A stretch of 64,000 nt of DNA. Source: Bacteroidota bacterium (lineage in GTDB: Bacteria > Bacteroidota > Bacteroidia > Bacteroidales > UBA7960). The notes under the pieces were generated by a model. That model searched no databases. It was not told the origin of the DNA and saw only the letters and a program-made list of their open reading frames with translations. Below, in pieces: positions 18,282-28,312 of the stretch. The number at the start of each line of letters is the position of its first letter. Position 1 is the stretch's first letter. The DNA lies in contig RECE01000245.1 in NCBI GenBank assembly GCA_007694165.1, positions 4,962 through 68,961 of the forward strand. The letters run 5' to 3'. The translations under genes were made by a program, and so were the position numbers.

Positions 18282-20630
18282 GTGATGATTTCTTTCAGAA
18301 ACTTGCGGATACGTCAAAAGATGTTGTTGCTGATAATGTCAATAACATCAATTATCTACCTTCTCTCATTTGGGTACATCACGCTTAGAATGAGTGAAAA
18401 AGCTCACAGGGACGCAGGAGAAATGGCAAATATGCAAGCCCGTGAATACGCAAATCATATGACCCATGAGCTCAACAAAGATTTCAACCTTTCGCGGGGA
18501 ATAGGATGGGCACTGCAAAACTTTCCTGATTATCCCCTTGAAATGACTGAGGATATTGTTTCACCTGTTTTGTATGAGTTCCTGGATCGCAACCCCGGAT
18601 TTTATTCTACCTGGGTTAGCCTGGAGTTAAACACATTGTTGCCTGATTACTATCTTCCCTACGGGCGGGTAAGGTATACCTGGCTAAGGCAAAACGGGCA
18701 GCTGATTTTTCAAAGGGATACATTAAACCTGGAGGGAGACGATGAAGGTAGTCTGTACGCTCAAATTAAAAGCCAAAAGGCAGAAGCCATTACCAATCCC
18801 TATTGGTACAGCTATTCCGGCAATGTAGAAGACCAGATCCTGGAAGTGAGCCCATGCATCCCTATTATTATCAACGGTCATTTTGCCGGTCTTGCAGGAA
18901 CTGATATCATTCTCGATCGGTTCCAGGAGCTTGTTCTCTCCATCAAACCTTTTGATGTGGGCTATACGTATTTGCTTTCCAATGATGGCACCTACGTGGG
19001 ACACCCCAACCCGCATTTTCTCGGAGAAAAGATTTCTGAAATAAGAGAAACCTATTTTCACAATTTTGGTCTGGATAAATCCATCAGGCAGGGTGAGTTT
19101 ATTTCTCATTTTGCCTTTAGTGAAAATCTGGATGAAGAAGCGTTGATTACTTATGCTCCTATACATATCGGTGATACCAGCACACCATGGTCTTTTGCTG
19201 TAGTTATACCGCGAAGTTTTATTACTGCCGAAGCCAACCACATATTTTACCGTTCCCTGATAGTTGCGGTGCTGGGGTTACTCGTACTCACATGGGCTAC
19301 TTTTATAATTGCCAACAATGTCACCAGACCCTTGATGAAAACTACAGCCGTAATCAGTACAATTGCAACCGGTGACATTAATAACATTAAAGAGCTAAGG
19401 GTAGAAGGCAAGGACGAAAACGCTCAAATGGCTCTCAGTTTGAATAAATTACTATCCGGATTAAAAGCAACGGCAGGGTTTGCAGAGAAGATTGGCCGGG
19501 GCGAATTAAGTGCGTTGTTCCATAAACTTGGAGAAAATGATGTTTTGGGTACAGCACTTCTCAATATGCGCGACAGCCTTGAAAAAGCAAAAGAAGAAGA
19601 GGAAAAGCGCAAGGCAGAAGATACCATCAGAAATTGGGCTACCAACGGAATGGCCCGATTTGCAGATATCCTCAGGTTTAACAACGATAATCTGGAAGAA
19701 CTCAGTTTTAACGTCTTGAAAAATCTTGTCAAATATCTGGACGCAAACCAGGGAGGTTTGTTCGTATTCAATGATGAGGACAAAAATGAACCTTTTCTTG
19801 AAATGACGGCATGTTATGCCTATGACAGGAAAAAGTATATTACCAGGAAAATTGCTATCGGTGAGGGGTTAACAGGTGCCTGTTTTCTGGAGAAAAAGCC
19901 TATTCTCATGACCGACATTCCGCAGGATTATGTAAAGATAACTTCGGGCCTGGGTGATGAAAACCCAAACAGCCTCTTAATCATTCCCTTATTGCTCAAT
20001 GAAAAGGTTTATGGGGTAATCGAGCTTGCTTCCTTTAAAAAATTTGAGCCCTATCATGTAGAGTTCATCGAAAAAGTAGCAGAGAATATTGCGAGCACAT
20101 TATCAGCGGTAAAAATCAATATCCGGACTGCCTACCTGTTGGAACAATCGCAACAGCAGGCTGAAGAAATGCGTGCACAGGAAGAAGAAATGAGGCAAAA
20201 TATGGAAGAAATGCATGCTACCCAGGAAGAGATGTCGCGCAAAGACAAGGAACTTCATTCTCTTGTTGAAACCTCCGAATCCTTATTTTGTGTAATGGAG
20301 TATAACAAAGAGGGAGTGATTCTTAAAGTAAATCATAATTTTGAGAAAATCTGCGGATACACTGATTCGGAGCTGTCAGGCAAGCATCATAGTATCTTGT
20401 TTGATAAAGCTAACTGGGAGCAGTCGGCAAATTATCGGAAATTCTGGGAACTACTCAGAAGAGGGCAGGCTGTTAAAGGGATGCTCAAAAGAAAGCACAA
20501 AGAAGGAACCGATTTTTTTATCAAAGGAGTTACCAAAGCACATCTGGATGAAAACGGCCAGATTGAAAAGGTGGTTGAGATTACCATTGATATAACGAAA
20601 GAAGTTTCAGCTTCGGAAAAAAGCGCATAA
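18282..20630 (+). CDS. Membrane sensor: TM - dCache-like domain - TM - HAMP - GAF - coiled coil - PAS; paralog of the 16118 gene
   Basis: AITNPYWYSY, GHFAGLAGTDI, YLLSNDGTYVGHP, TPWSFAVVIP (dCache); GAF and QEEEMRQNMEEMHATQEE shared with 16118; PAS with GY-x-x-ELSGKHH...FW. Confidence 0.87.
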   Translation: MMISFRNLRIRQKMLLLIMSITSIIYLLSFGYITLRMSEKAHRDAGEMANMQAREYANHMTHELNKDFNLSRGIGWALQNFPDYPLEMTEDIVSPVLYEFLDRNPGFYSTWVSLELNTLLPDYYLPYGRVRYTWLRQNGQLIFQRDTLNLEGDDEGSLYAQIKSQKAEAITNPYWYSYSGNVEDQILEVSPCIPIIINGHFAGLAGTDIILDRFQELVLSIKPFDVGYTYLLSNDGTYVGHPNPHFLGEKISEIRETYFHNFGLDKSIRQGEFISHFAFSENLDEEALITYAPIHIGDTSTPWSFAVVIPRSFITAEANHIFYRSLIVAVLGLLVLTWATFIIANNVTRPLMKTTAVISTIATGDINNIKELRVEGKDENAQMALSLNKLLSGLKATAGFAEKIGRGELSALFHKLGENDVLGTALLNMRDSLEKAKEEEEKRKAEDTIRNWATNGMARFADILRFNNDNLEELSFNVLKNLVKYLDANQGGLFVFNDEDKNEPFLEMTACYAYDRKKYITRKIAIGEGLTGACFLEKKPILMTDIPQDYVKITSGLGDENPNSLLIIPLLLNEKVYGVIELASFKKFEPYHVEFIEKVAENIASTLSAVKINIRTAYLLEQSQQQAEEMRAQEEEMRQNMEEMHATQEEMSRKDKELHSLVETSESLFCVMEYNKEGVILKVNHNFEKICGYTDSELSGKHHSILFDKANWEQSANYRKFWELLRRGQAVKGMLKRKHKEGTDFFIKGVTKAHLDENGQIEKVVEITIDITKEVSASEKSA

Positions 20631-20867
20631 TTGAGAATAAATGTTGATATTTGAGTTTAGAAATTAAACGCGGTTTGCCAATACAATCTGACAAGCAAAA
20701 ATGTAAGGCTCTGATAAAACAGTGCATTTGCTTGATGCACATATGATTTGCTGAAAAAAATCAACCGGGCATTACAGACTTGTAATTGCCTTGAAATAAA
20801 GGATTTAAATACATTATGCTTCGTGCAATTTCCATCATTTTAATGAATTAACTAAATTATATTCAAA

Positions 20868-21320
20868 ATGAAAGTAATAAAAATATTGCTGGTTACATGG
20901 GCTGTGTCTCTTTTGTTTACTGCCTGTAAGCAAGAAGAAACCCCTGAAAAGGTTATGATGAAATTTGCCAACCACTTTGCTGCCGGCGAGTATACTGAAG
21001 CTGCAAAGTATGGAACACCCTCTACCGTTCAGTTGCTGGAAATGATGGAGGCCCTTGCTTCTGTTGGCTTTTATTTGCCTGAAGATGATCAAATAGAAAA
21101 GTACTCTCTGGATGATTTTGATTGCACTGTCAGCGGCACTACAGCCCTTTGCAGCTATCTGGAATATGGCGAAATTGCTGAAGTGAGCCTGGTGAAGACT
21201 GAGGGTCAATGGCTGGTAGATATACCTCTGGATGACCTTTATGATGAAGATGACTGGTTTGAGGATGAGGATGAGGACGATGACTGGTTTTCTGAGGGCC
21301 TGCTAAATCCAGCCAATTGA
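20868..21320 (+). CDS. Lipoprotein (DUF4878/NTF2-like) with acidic Asp/Glu/Trp tail
   Basis: Lipobox FTAC; TPEKV-x-x-F, LVKTEGQWLV; tail DDLYDEDDWFEDEDEDDDWF. Confidence 0.7.
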   Translation: MKVIKILLVTWAVSLLFTACKQEETPEKVMMKFANHFAAGEYTEAAKYGTPSTVQLLEMMEALASVGFYLPEDDQIEKYSLDDFDCTVSGTTALCSYLEYGEIAEVSLVKTEGQWLVDIPLDDLYDEDDWFEDEDEDDDWFSEGLLNPAN

Positions 21321-21328
21321 TCAAATAG

Positions 21329-22627
21329 CTATCCGTTGAGGGCTTTCTTAAAAGTCGAAAGGCATCTTTCTCTGGCAAATTTATGATCTACCATAGGTTG
21401 GATGTATTTGTCAGTATTGTATTCCGGAAGCCAATTGTTGATATATTCTGCTTTTGGGTCAAACTTCTTTTGTTGCTCCGAAGGATTAAAAATCCTGAAA
21501 TAAGGAGCTGCATCACATCCGCTTCCGGCACTCCATTGCCAGCCACCGTTATTGCTTGAAAGTTCATAGTCAAGGAGTTTTTCTGCAAACCATGCTTCAC
21601 CCCATCGCCAGTCGATCAACAGGTGTTTGGTAAGAAAGCTTGCCGTTATCATCCTTACACGATTGTGCATATAGCCAGTTGCTGACAGCTCTCTCATTCC
21701 GGCATCAACAATGGGAAACCCTGTTTTGCCTTCTTTCCATTTTTCGAATTCATCCTTATCATTGCGCCAGGGTATTTTGTCGTACTTTGGTTTGAAAGAG
21801 TCATTTACTACCTTAGGGTAATGCCATAATATCATGGCATAAAACTCTCTCCAGAAAAGTTCATTGAGAAAAGTATCATTCATTTCCCGGGCTTTCCTGG
21901 CAAGGGATCTCAAACTTACTGTGCCAAATCTCAAATGCACTCCCAACTTGGAGGTTCCTTTTCTGGCCGGATAATCGCGGGTTTTATGATACTGTTCCAT
22001 CAAGGTATCTCCAACGTTTTTACCCGGGAAATCAATGCCGGGAGATGCAAATCCAAGATCTTTTTGCCGGGGAAGTTTTGTGTTTTCCAGTTTAGCAAAA
22101 GCGTTTAGATGCTCTTCCGATTGGTAATGTGTTAAATGTTCGGAGGTTAATTTTTCGCTGCATTTTTTTCCATAAGGTGTAAATACATTATACGGGGTAT
22201 CATCACTTTTGAGCACCTCGTTTTTATCGAAGAGCAAATGGTCAAGGTAGCTTTTAAACTCAACTCCTTTCTCTTTGAGTATTCGGGCTATCTCATTGTC
22301 ACGCTTTATTCCGTATGGCTCATGATCCTTGTTGGTATAGACGGATTGAATAGCATAATCCTTCAACAGCTTTTGAAAAATTTCAGTTGGTTTTCCTTTC
22401 AGCACCATCAGATGTTTCCCTTTTTTCTTCAGGTCTTCGTCCATTTTCCTGATACTTTGATAGATAAAGTCAACCCGTGCATCATTTTCAGGCAAACTTT
22501 CGGTGATATCTGTATCGAAAATAAACAGAGGAATGATGTTCTTTTCCTCTGTCAGGGCATAATAGAGCCCTTTGTTATCCTCGAGGCGTAAATCGCGTCG
22601 AAACCAAAATATTGAATATTGTTTCAT
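21329..22627 (-). CDS. phrB: Deoxyribodipyrimidine photolyase (cryptochrome/photolyase family)
   Basis: ORF 21329..22684, probable ATG at 22627. WFRRDLRLEDN, ELFWREFY, GKTGFPIVDAGMR, MHNRVRM, NNGGWQW, APYFRIFNP. Confidence 0.93.
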   Translation of the reverse strand: MKQYSIFWFRRDLRLEDNKGLYYALTEEKNIIPLFIFDTDITESLPENDARVDFIYQSIRKMDEDLKKKGKHLMVLKGKPTEIFQKLLKDYAIQSVYTNKDHEPYGIKRDNEIARILKEKGVEFKSYLDHLLFDKNEVLKSDDTPYNVFTPYGKKCSEKLTSEHLTHYQSEEHLNAFAKLENTKLPRQKDLGFASPGIDFPGKNVGDTLMEQYHKTRDYPARKGTSKLGVHLRFGTVSLRSLARKAREMNDTFLNELFWREFYAMILWHYPKVVNDSFKPKYDKIPWRNDKDEFEKWKEGKTGFPIVDAGMRELSATGYMHNRVRMITASFLTKHLLIDWRWGEAWFAEKLLDYELSSNNGGWQWSAGSGCDAAPYFRIFNPSEQQKKFDPKAEYINNWLPEYNTDKYIQPMVDHKFARERCLSTFKKALNG

Positions 22628-22925
22628 GAAACCTTTTTTCCATAAACAACATACCTGATGGAATAGTTCGCCGCGGTGAGCCAATATATACTATGCAATC
22701 CTGTTTTTTCAGAGTTAGCCATTTCTGAGTGAGGCTATGGTGTTCGTTTTATGATAGATTTTGGTTAACTGTATGTTATTTTTGAAGTGTTAAACTGCCG
22801 ATGCATTTATTGTATTTGTAGTTTTTTTATGATTGGCATAAAACTTGAAGAATAATTAATCTGATTTACCGTTATGTGTGAAATTAATTTGCATCTTTGC
22901 ACAAAATTTACCAACCCATTCATGT

Positions 22926-25328
22926 ATGCTACAAAATAAGGATTTAAAGCTACCAGCGCTGTTAGTCTTGTTGCTATTAATCAGCCTTACCTGTTTGCAG
23001 GGACAAACCACCCGATACACCATCAGCGGATATGTTTATGAAAAAGGAAGTCGCGAAACCCTTGTGGGTGCCAATATCTTTGAGCCTAACCTGCGAGTGG
23101 GTTCCACCTCCAATACTTACGGGTTTTACTCAATCACGGTTTCAGCAGATAGCGTGGAATTGATTTTTTCCTATGTAGGTTATGTGCCGGTTATCAAAGA
23201 ACTGGTCTTAACCCAAAACCTGCGGCTTGATATTGAACTTGACCCCAGCATAGATTTGCAGGAGGTGGTAGTTACCGATGAAAGAATGACCCGTATATCT
23301 CAAACTGCCCAGATGTCGCGACTGGATGTTCCTATCCAGCAAGCACGAAACATTCCTTCCCTTTTGGGAGAAAAAGATATGTTTAAGGTGCTTCAGTTGA
23401 TGCCGGGGGTCCAGTCTGGTACGGAAGGTACCAGCGGTTTTTACGTGAGGGGAGGGGGCCCCGATCAAAATCTTATCATCCTTGACGATGCCATAGTCTA
23501 TAACGCCAGCCACTTATTTGGTTTCTTTTCTGTATTTAATGGTGACGCAGTTAAGAGTATGCAGCTTTATAAAGGAGGGTTCCCTGCAAGGTATGGTGGA
23601 AGACTTTCGTCAGTTTTGGATATCCAGATGAAGGATGGCAACAAGCAAAAGTTTGCCGGTGAAGGTGGGATAGGAATTATCAGCAGCCGTCTTACCCTGG
23701 AAGGGCCCATCATCAAAGACAAGGCTTCTTTCCTGGTTTCTGGCAGACGAACCTATCTTGATGCACTTACCCGGCCTTTTATGTCCGATGAAGGGTATGG
23801 AGGGTATTTTTTCTATGACCTCAACGTAAAGCTCAACTATGATATTGATCGCAATAATCGAATCTTTGTAAGTAGCTACATGGGAAGAGATAAGTTTTTC
23901 TTTAGAGATGACTACAGAAGCTCTGATTATGAATATAGTTCTGAAGGAGGGATGTACTGGCAGAATATAACCACTACCGTGAGGTGGAATCATATTTTCA
24001 ATGACCGCTTGTTTGCTAATGCTTCTTTCGTGTTTTCAGATTATTTACTGGAAATCTATGCCAAAGATAGAGACAGAAATCTGAATTCAAATGAAATACG
24101 TGCTTTTGACCTTCGCTACAATTCAGGAATACAGGATGTAGGTTTTAAGTATGATGTAAGCTGGCATCCCTTGCAAAATCATCATGTCAGGGCGGGAGTG
24201 CAGTCCATTCGGCATAAATTCACACCCACCGCAGTTGTGTTTCGCGATGATGACATAGGAAAGTTTGAAACCACTCAGGAAATCCATTATAGTCAAGAGT
24301 CGGGCATATACGTGGAAGATGAGATCAGTTTTGGAGATTTCCTGAAAATCAACCCAGGCCTCCGTTTTAGTCATTTCTATGCTGATAATAAGTCTTATCA
24401 GTACCTTGAGCCACGGTTCAATTCCAACCTGATACTTTACCCGCAACTCAGCTGGAAAGCATCCTTTGCCTCCATGAACCAGTATGTTCACCTTTTAAGC
24501 ACTACCGGCATAGGTTTACCCACCGATTTATGGGTTCCATCCACAAACCGGATTGCTCCCCAAAGAACCTGGCAGGTGGCTACCGGTTTTGCCTACGATT
24601 GGCTGGCAAGGAACCTGGAACTTTCTGTTGAGGGGTATTACAAAAAAGCTGACGATATTGTAGGTTACAAAGAAGGTGCATCGTTTCTTGTAATAGGTGA
24701 TCCCGAAGGAGCGGGCGAATTTTCATGGCAGGATAACATCACCAGCGGTCAGGCCTGGGCATATGGTTTGGAATTTTTAGTTCAGAGAAAAGTGGGCAAA
24801 TTTTCCGGTTGGGCAGGTTATACCCTTTCCTGGATTCAGCATCAGTTTGATGATCTGAATTTTGGTGAGAAGTTCTGGGCACGTTACGACCGCAGACACG
24901 ATCTCTCGCTGGTAGGAATCTATGAATTTTCGCCCCGTACAACTTTTAGTGCAACCTGGGTGTATGCTACAGGAAACGCTTATGATTTGGGAACCGGTCG
25001 CTTCCCGGTTATTACCCATCCCGTATCTGGAAACGATAACCAAAACTACTATGGTGATCGCTGGTGGAACTCTGCCAACGTGTATGACAAGAAGAACAGT
25101 TTCAGGGCCGCTTCTTACCAGCGACTCGATGTGGGAGTACAGTTTCACAAAGATATTACCCGCTTTGGAGTTCCCGTAGAGCGAACCATTGAAATTGGCG
25201 CGTATAATGCTTACAGCCGAAAGAATCCCTTCTTTTACTATTGGGACGAAAGGGCTCATGGCTCGCGGTTGATGCAGGTGAGTATTTTTCCTATTGTGCC
25301 ATCCATTAGTGTTAACTTTAAGTTCTAG
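22926..25328 (+). CDS. TonB-dependent receptor with N-terminal CarboxypepD_reg-like domain
   Basis: ORF 22878..25328, probable ATG at 22926. YTISGYV, SNTYGFYSI, plug VRGGGPDQNLIILD, KGGFPARYGGRLSSV; C-terminal Phe (NFKF). Confidence 0.92.
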   Translation: MLQNKDLKLPALLVLLLLISLTCLQGQTTRYTISGYVYEKGSRETLVGANIFEPNLRVGSTSNTYGFYSITVSADSVELIFSYVGYVPVIKELVLTQNLRLDIELDPSIDLQEVVVTDERMTRISQTAQMSRLDVPIQQARNIPSLLGEKDMFKVLQLMPGVQSGTEGTSGFYVRGGGPDQNLIILDDAIVYNASHLFGFFSVFNGDAVKSMQLYKGGFPARYGGRLSSVLDIQMKDGNKQKFAGEGGIGIISSRLTLEGPIIKDKASFLVSGRRTYLDALTRPFMSDEGYGGYFFYDLNVKLNYDIDRNNRIFVSSYMGRDKFFFRDDYRSSDYEYSSEGGMYWQNITTTVRWNHIFNDRLFANASFVFSDYLLEIYAKDRDRNLNSNEIRAFDLRYNSGIQDVGFKYDVSWHPLQNHHVRAGVQSIRHKFTPTAVVFRDDDIGKFETTQEIHYSQESGIYVEDEISFGDFLKINPGLRFSHFYADNKSYQYLEPRFNSNLILYPQLSWKASFASMNQYVHLLSTTGIGLPTDLWVPSTNRIAPQRTWQVATGFAYDWLARNLELSVEGYYKKADDIVGYKEGASFLVIGDPEGAGEFSWQDNITSGQAWAYGLEFLVQRKVGKFSGWAGYTLSWIQHQFDDLNFGEKFWARYDRRHDLSLVGIYEFSPRTTFSATWVYATGNAYDLGTGRFPVITHPVSGNDNQNYYGDRWWNSANVYDKKNSFRAASYQRLDVGVQFHKDITRFGVPVERTIEIGAYNAYSRKNPFFYYWDERAHGSRLMQVSIFPIVPSISVNFKF

Positions 25329-25443
25329 TGGTCCGTGAGAAAAAGGTTTTTTACTCGTTTGCTAAAACTTTGGTCTGATTCTTTACTTATTGATAGCTTT
25401 AGTATTGCAGCAAACCCAGAATTTACATCAAAATATACACAAG

Positions 25444-26415
25444 ATGCATAAAAGAAATATTTCAGCTTTGTTGTCTCCATATGCCTGTTGCAAGCATATC
25501 TTCATTGTTTTTGCTCTGCTGATAACAATGACAGGATGCGAGGATTTTTTTATCAGTGAGGTGGATAATGTAAAAATTCCGGGAAGTGAACCCCAGCTGG
25601 TGGTAAATTCCTATATCTCGCCCCAGGATACTTTGATTAAGGTTTATGTTCACCGAAGCAGGCCCCATGGAATGACTCACGTGGAAGTATCGCCGGTGAA
25701 TGAAAATGCTGAGGTGTATATGGCCCCCAAAGGAGGTGAATTTAAAAAGTTGTCCTATGACTTCAACCTGAGAGCGTTTATAATCCCCGCAACCGAATTT
25801 CCTGTGGCACCAGGAAAGGATTATCAGCTCAAAGTGGAAACACCCAACGGTGAGTCTGTTGAAGCAGAATGTCACGTACCTGAACATGCCGTTGAAGATG
25901 TTTCATTTGTTGATCTAAGGGTTGTATATGATACCTGGGGCGGTATGGAAGTACTGATTGGCTGGTCTGTGAAACCGCTTAAAACCGCTGAAACCAACTA
26001 TTTTCGCACCGGAGGATTTGTACGCTCCTATAGGGTTCGTAATTATGGTGATAATGATACCATATATGCAGGTTCTCAGGATCTTTGGCTTGACCGTGGT
26101 AATGAATTATTTTCTGATGCAGCAGGAGCAAGGTACAATTTCAGGGGAGAGTTTTTTGGCTGGATTGACATCGATGGCACACAGGGTCAGGATGAATACT
26201 ATCAGAATATCGATTCTGTCTTTGTTACTGTGATTCAGAGCGATTTTTCTTATTTCCGTTTTCATCAAAGTGTAGAAAATTATTTCTATTATGATGATGA
26301 CTTTCCCTTTGCTGAACCCGTGCATATTTACAGCAACATAAAGGGAGGGTTGGGTGCCTTTGGTGGTTATAGCAGGAGAGATTATTTGTTGCGGGTCTTC
26401 CCACCTGCCAACTAA
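25444..26415 (+). CDS. DUF4249-family lipoprotein (partner of the upstream TonB-dependent receptor)
   Basis: Lipobox MTGC; PQLVVNSYI; FAEPVHIYSNIKGGLGAFGG; typical position downstream of this receptor class. Confidence 0.8.
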   Translation: MHKRNISALLSPYACCKHIFIVFALLITMTGCEDFFISEVDNVKIPGSEPQLVVNSYISPQDTLIKVYVHRSRPHGMTHVEVSPVNENAEVYMAPKGGEFKKLSYDFNLRAFIIPATEFPVAPGKDYQLKVETPNGESVEAECHVPEHAVEDVSFVDLRVVYDTWGGMEVLIGWSVKPLKTAETNYFRTGGFVRSYRVRNYGDNDTIYAGSQDLWLDRGNELFSDAAGARYNFRGEFFGWIDIDGTQGQDEYYQNIDSVFVTVIQSDFSYFRFHQSVENYFYYDDDFPFAEPVHIYSNIKGGLGAFGGYSRRDYLLRVFPPAN

Positions 26416-26459
26416 AATTGAGACTTAAAGTCTTTGATGAAGTTGTAAAAAACTTTCCC

Positions 26460-26467
26460 TATTTTTG
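26460..26467 (+). promoter_or_regulatory. -7 box (TATTTTTG) upstream of the sodium:solute symporter
   Basis: TAnnTTTG 26 bp upstream of the ATG at 26493. Confidence 0.5.
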
Positions 26468-26492
26468 CCGCTTCTAATTTAATGCTCCAACC

Positions 26493-27953
26493 ATGACTTC
26501 TAATGTAATATTATTTAGTTTTCTCATATATACCCTGCTGATTTTTTCCATTTCGCGTTTTACTTCGCGAAAGGCGAACAATGAATCCTATTTTCTGGGC
26601 AACCGAAATTCTCCATGGTATGTGGTAGCCTACGGCATGATTGGTGCATCTTTGAGTGGTGTGACTTTTATGTCGGTTCCCGGGCTGGTGGAAGCTGAAA
26701 GCTTTTCTTACATGGTGCTGGTGATGGGCTACCTGGCAGGCTATTTTGTCATTGCCCTGGTGCTGCTGCCCATGTACTACAAGATGAACCTAACTTCCAT
26801 TTATACTTACCTGGAAAAACGGTTTGGATTCTCATCCTACAAAACCGGAGCTTTTTATTTTATCATTTCCCGTTTGATAGGTACTTCGTTTCGAATGTTC
26901 CTGGTAGTAAATGTATTGCAGTTGTTCGTTTTTGACCATTGGGGAATTCCTTTCTGGGTTACTGTAGGGTTGTTTATGGTGCTGATATTGCTCTACACTT
27001 TCCAGGGTGGAATCAAAACCATTGTATGGACCGATACTTTGCAAACAACTTTCATGATTTCGGCTGTAGTGATTACCATATTTATCATTGCCAATTCATT
27101 GGGTATGAGCCTGGGAGATTTATGGGGAGAAGCCTCATCCAGGGGATACACCAAAATGTTTGTTACTGATTATACTGATCCACGATTCTTTCTGAAACAG
27201 TTTTTTGCCGGGATGTTTATTACCATTGTAATGACCGGACTTGATCAGGATATGATGCAAAAAAACCTCAGTTGCCGCAACCTGAGAGATGCACAAAAAA
27301 ATATTTTCACCTTTGGATTTATTTTGATTCCGGTCAATCTTATGTTTCTGTTCCTGGGAGCTGTTCTTTGGATTTATGCCGGCCAATTTGATATTGAATT
27401 TCTGCAAAATTCCGACGATCTGTTTCCCACGCTTGCCCTTCAATATCTGAGTGTTGTTGCAGGACTTACTTTCTTCTTTGGATTGATATCCGCAGCCTAC
27501 TCCAGTGCCGATGGCACCCTTACTGCCCTTACCACTGTTTTTTGCATCGATTTTCTGGGCCTTAAACGCAAGGCAGGTATTACTGAAGAAAGAATCAAAA
27601 AAATCAGGTATATAGTGCATATCACATTTTCTGTCATTGTATTGTTCATCATTATTGGATACCGTGCCATCAACGACACGGCCCTTATCAGTAAACTGTT
27701 CACCATCGCAGGCTATACTTACGGGCCTTTGCTGGGTTTATACTTTTTCGGACTGTATACCAAATTGCAGGTGCGCGACAAATGGGTGCCCATTTTGTGC
27801 ATTGCATCACCCATTCTTAGTTACTTGCTCAGTATTAACTCCGAGCAGTTGCTCTGGGGGTATAAGTTCGGGTTTGAAATCCTGATTGTCAACGGTGGAA
27901 TTACCGCATTGGGTCTATGGGCTTTGTCTAGAAAAAAACAAACACAACAATAA
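26493..27953 (+). CDS. Sodium:solute symporter (SSS family)
   Basis: YFLGNRNSPW, SLSGVTFMSVPG, SIYTYLEKRFG, GGIKTIVWTD, GLDQDMMQK; about 13 TM helices. Confidence 0.92.
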   Translation: MTSNVILFSFLIYTLLIFSISRFTSRKANNESYFLGNRNSPWYVVAYGMIGASLSGVTFMSVPGLVEAESFSYMVLVMGYLAGYFVIALVLLPMYYKMNLTSIYTYLEKRFGFSSYKTGAFYFIISRLIGTSFRMFLVVNVLQLFVFDHWGIPFWVTVGLFMVLILLYTFQGGIKTIVWTDTLQTTFMISAVVITIFIIANSLGMSLGDLWGEASSRGYTKMFVTDYTDPRFFLKQFFAGMFITIVMTGLDQDMMQKNLSCRNLRDAQKNIFTFGFILIPVNLMFLFLGAVLWIYAGQFDIEFLQNSDDLFPTLALQYLSVVAGLTFFFGLISAAYSSADGTLTALTTVFCIDFLGLKRKAGITEERIKKIRYIVHITFSVIVLFIIIGYRAINDTALISKLFTIAGYTYGPLLGLYFFGLYTKLQVRDKWVPILCIASPILSYLLSINSEQLLWGYKFGFEILIVNGGITALGLWALSRKKQTQQ

Positions 27954-27988
27954 ACACAAAGGTTACTGGGTATTGAATTCCCGTTGCT

Positions 27989-28201
27989 TTAGCTCTCATC
28001 TTGTAGCACAATTCTTACACACAAGGATTCCATTCCTTCGTGGCATGCCTGTATATAAGTTTCCACTTCTTTTCGTTTTACCAACTTCGATATTTCAATT
28101 TTGAATTCATTGTGGTTTTCCCTGTTGTAAAGCGAACATAACTGTTCGTAATCGGTCACTATTTCCCGTTGGTCTTCCATGGATTTTTTTTGCAATTCCA
28201 T
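27989..28201 (-). CDS. Possible small hypothetical protein (70 aa)
   Basis: ATG-started ORF filling an intergenic gap; helical, acidic composition; no recognisable motif. Confidence 0.35.
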   Translation of the reverse strand: MELQKKSMEDQREIVTDYEQLCSLYNRENHNEFKIEISKLVKRKEVETYIQACHEGMESLCVRIVLQDES

Positions 28202-28312
28202 GGGAAAATATGTTAAGTATCACATTGATAGTTTCTTAATGGTCATGGTACGTAAATTGTTAATGGGTTTGGGAAATAATCAATTAATTCTAATCATTAT
28301 TAGCAATCAACA

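Noticed and set aside
16118-20630. Methyl-accepting chemotaxis proteins or histidine kinases
   Set aside because: No IAxQTNLLALNAAIEAAR hairpin and no H-box or HATPase motifs.
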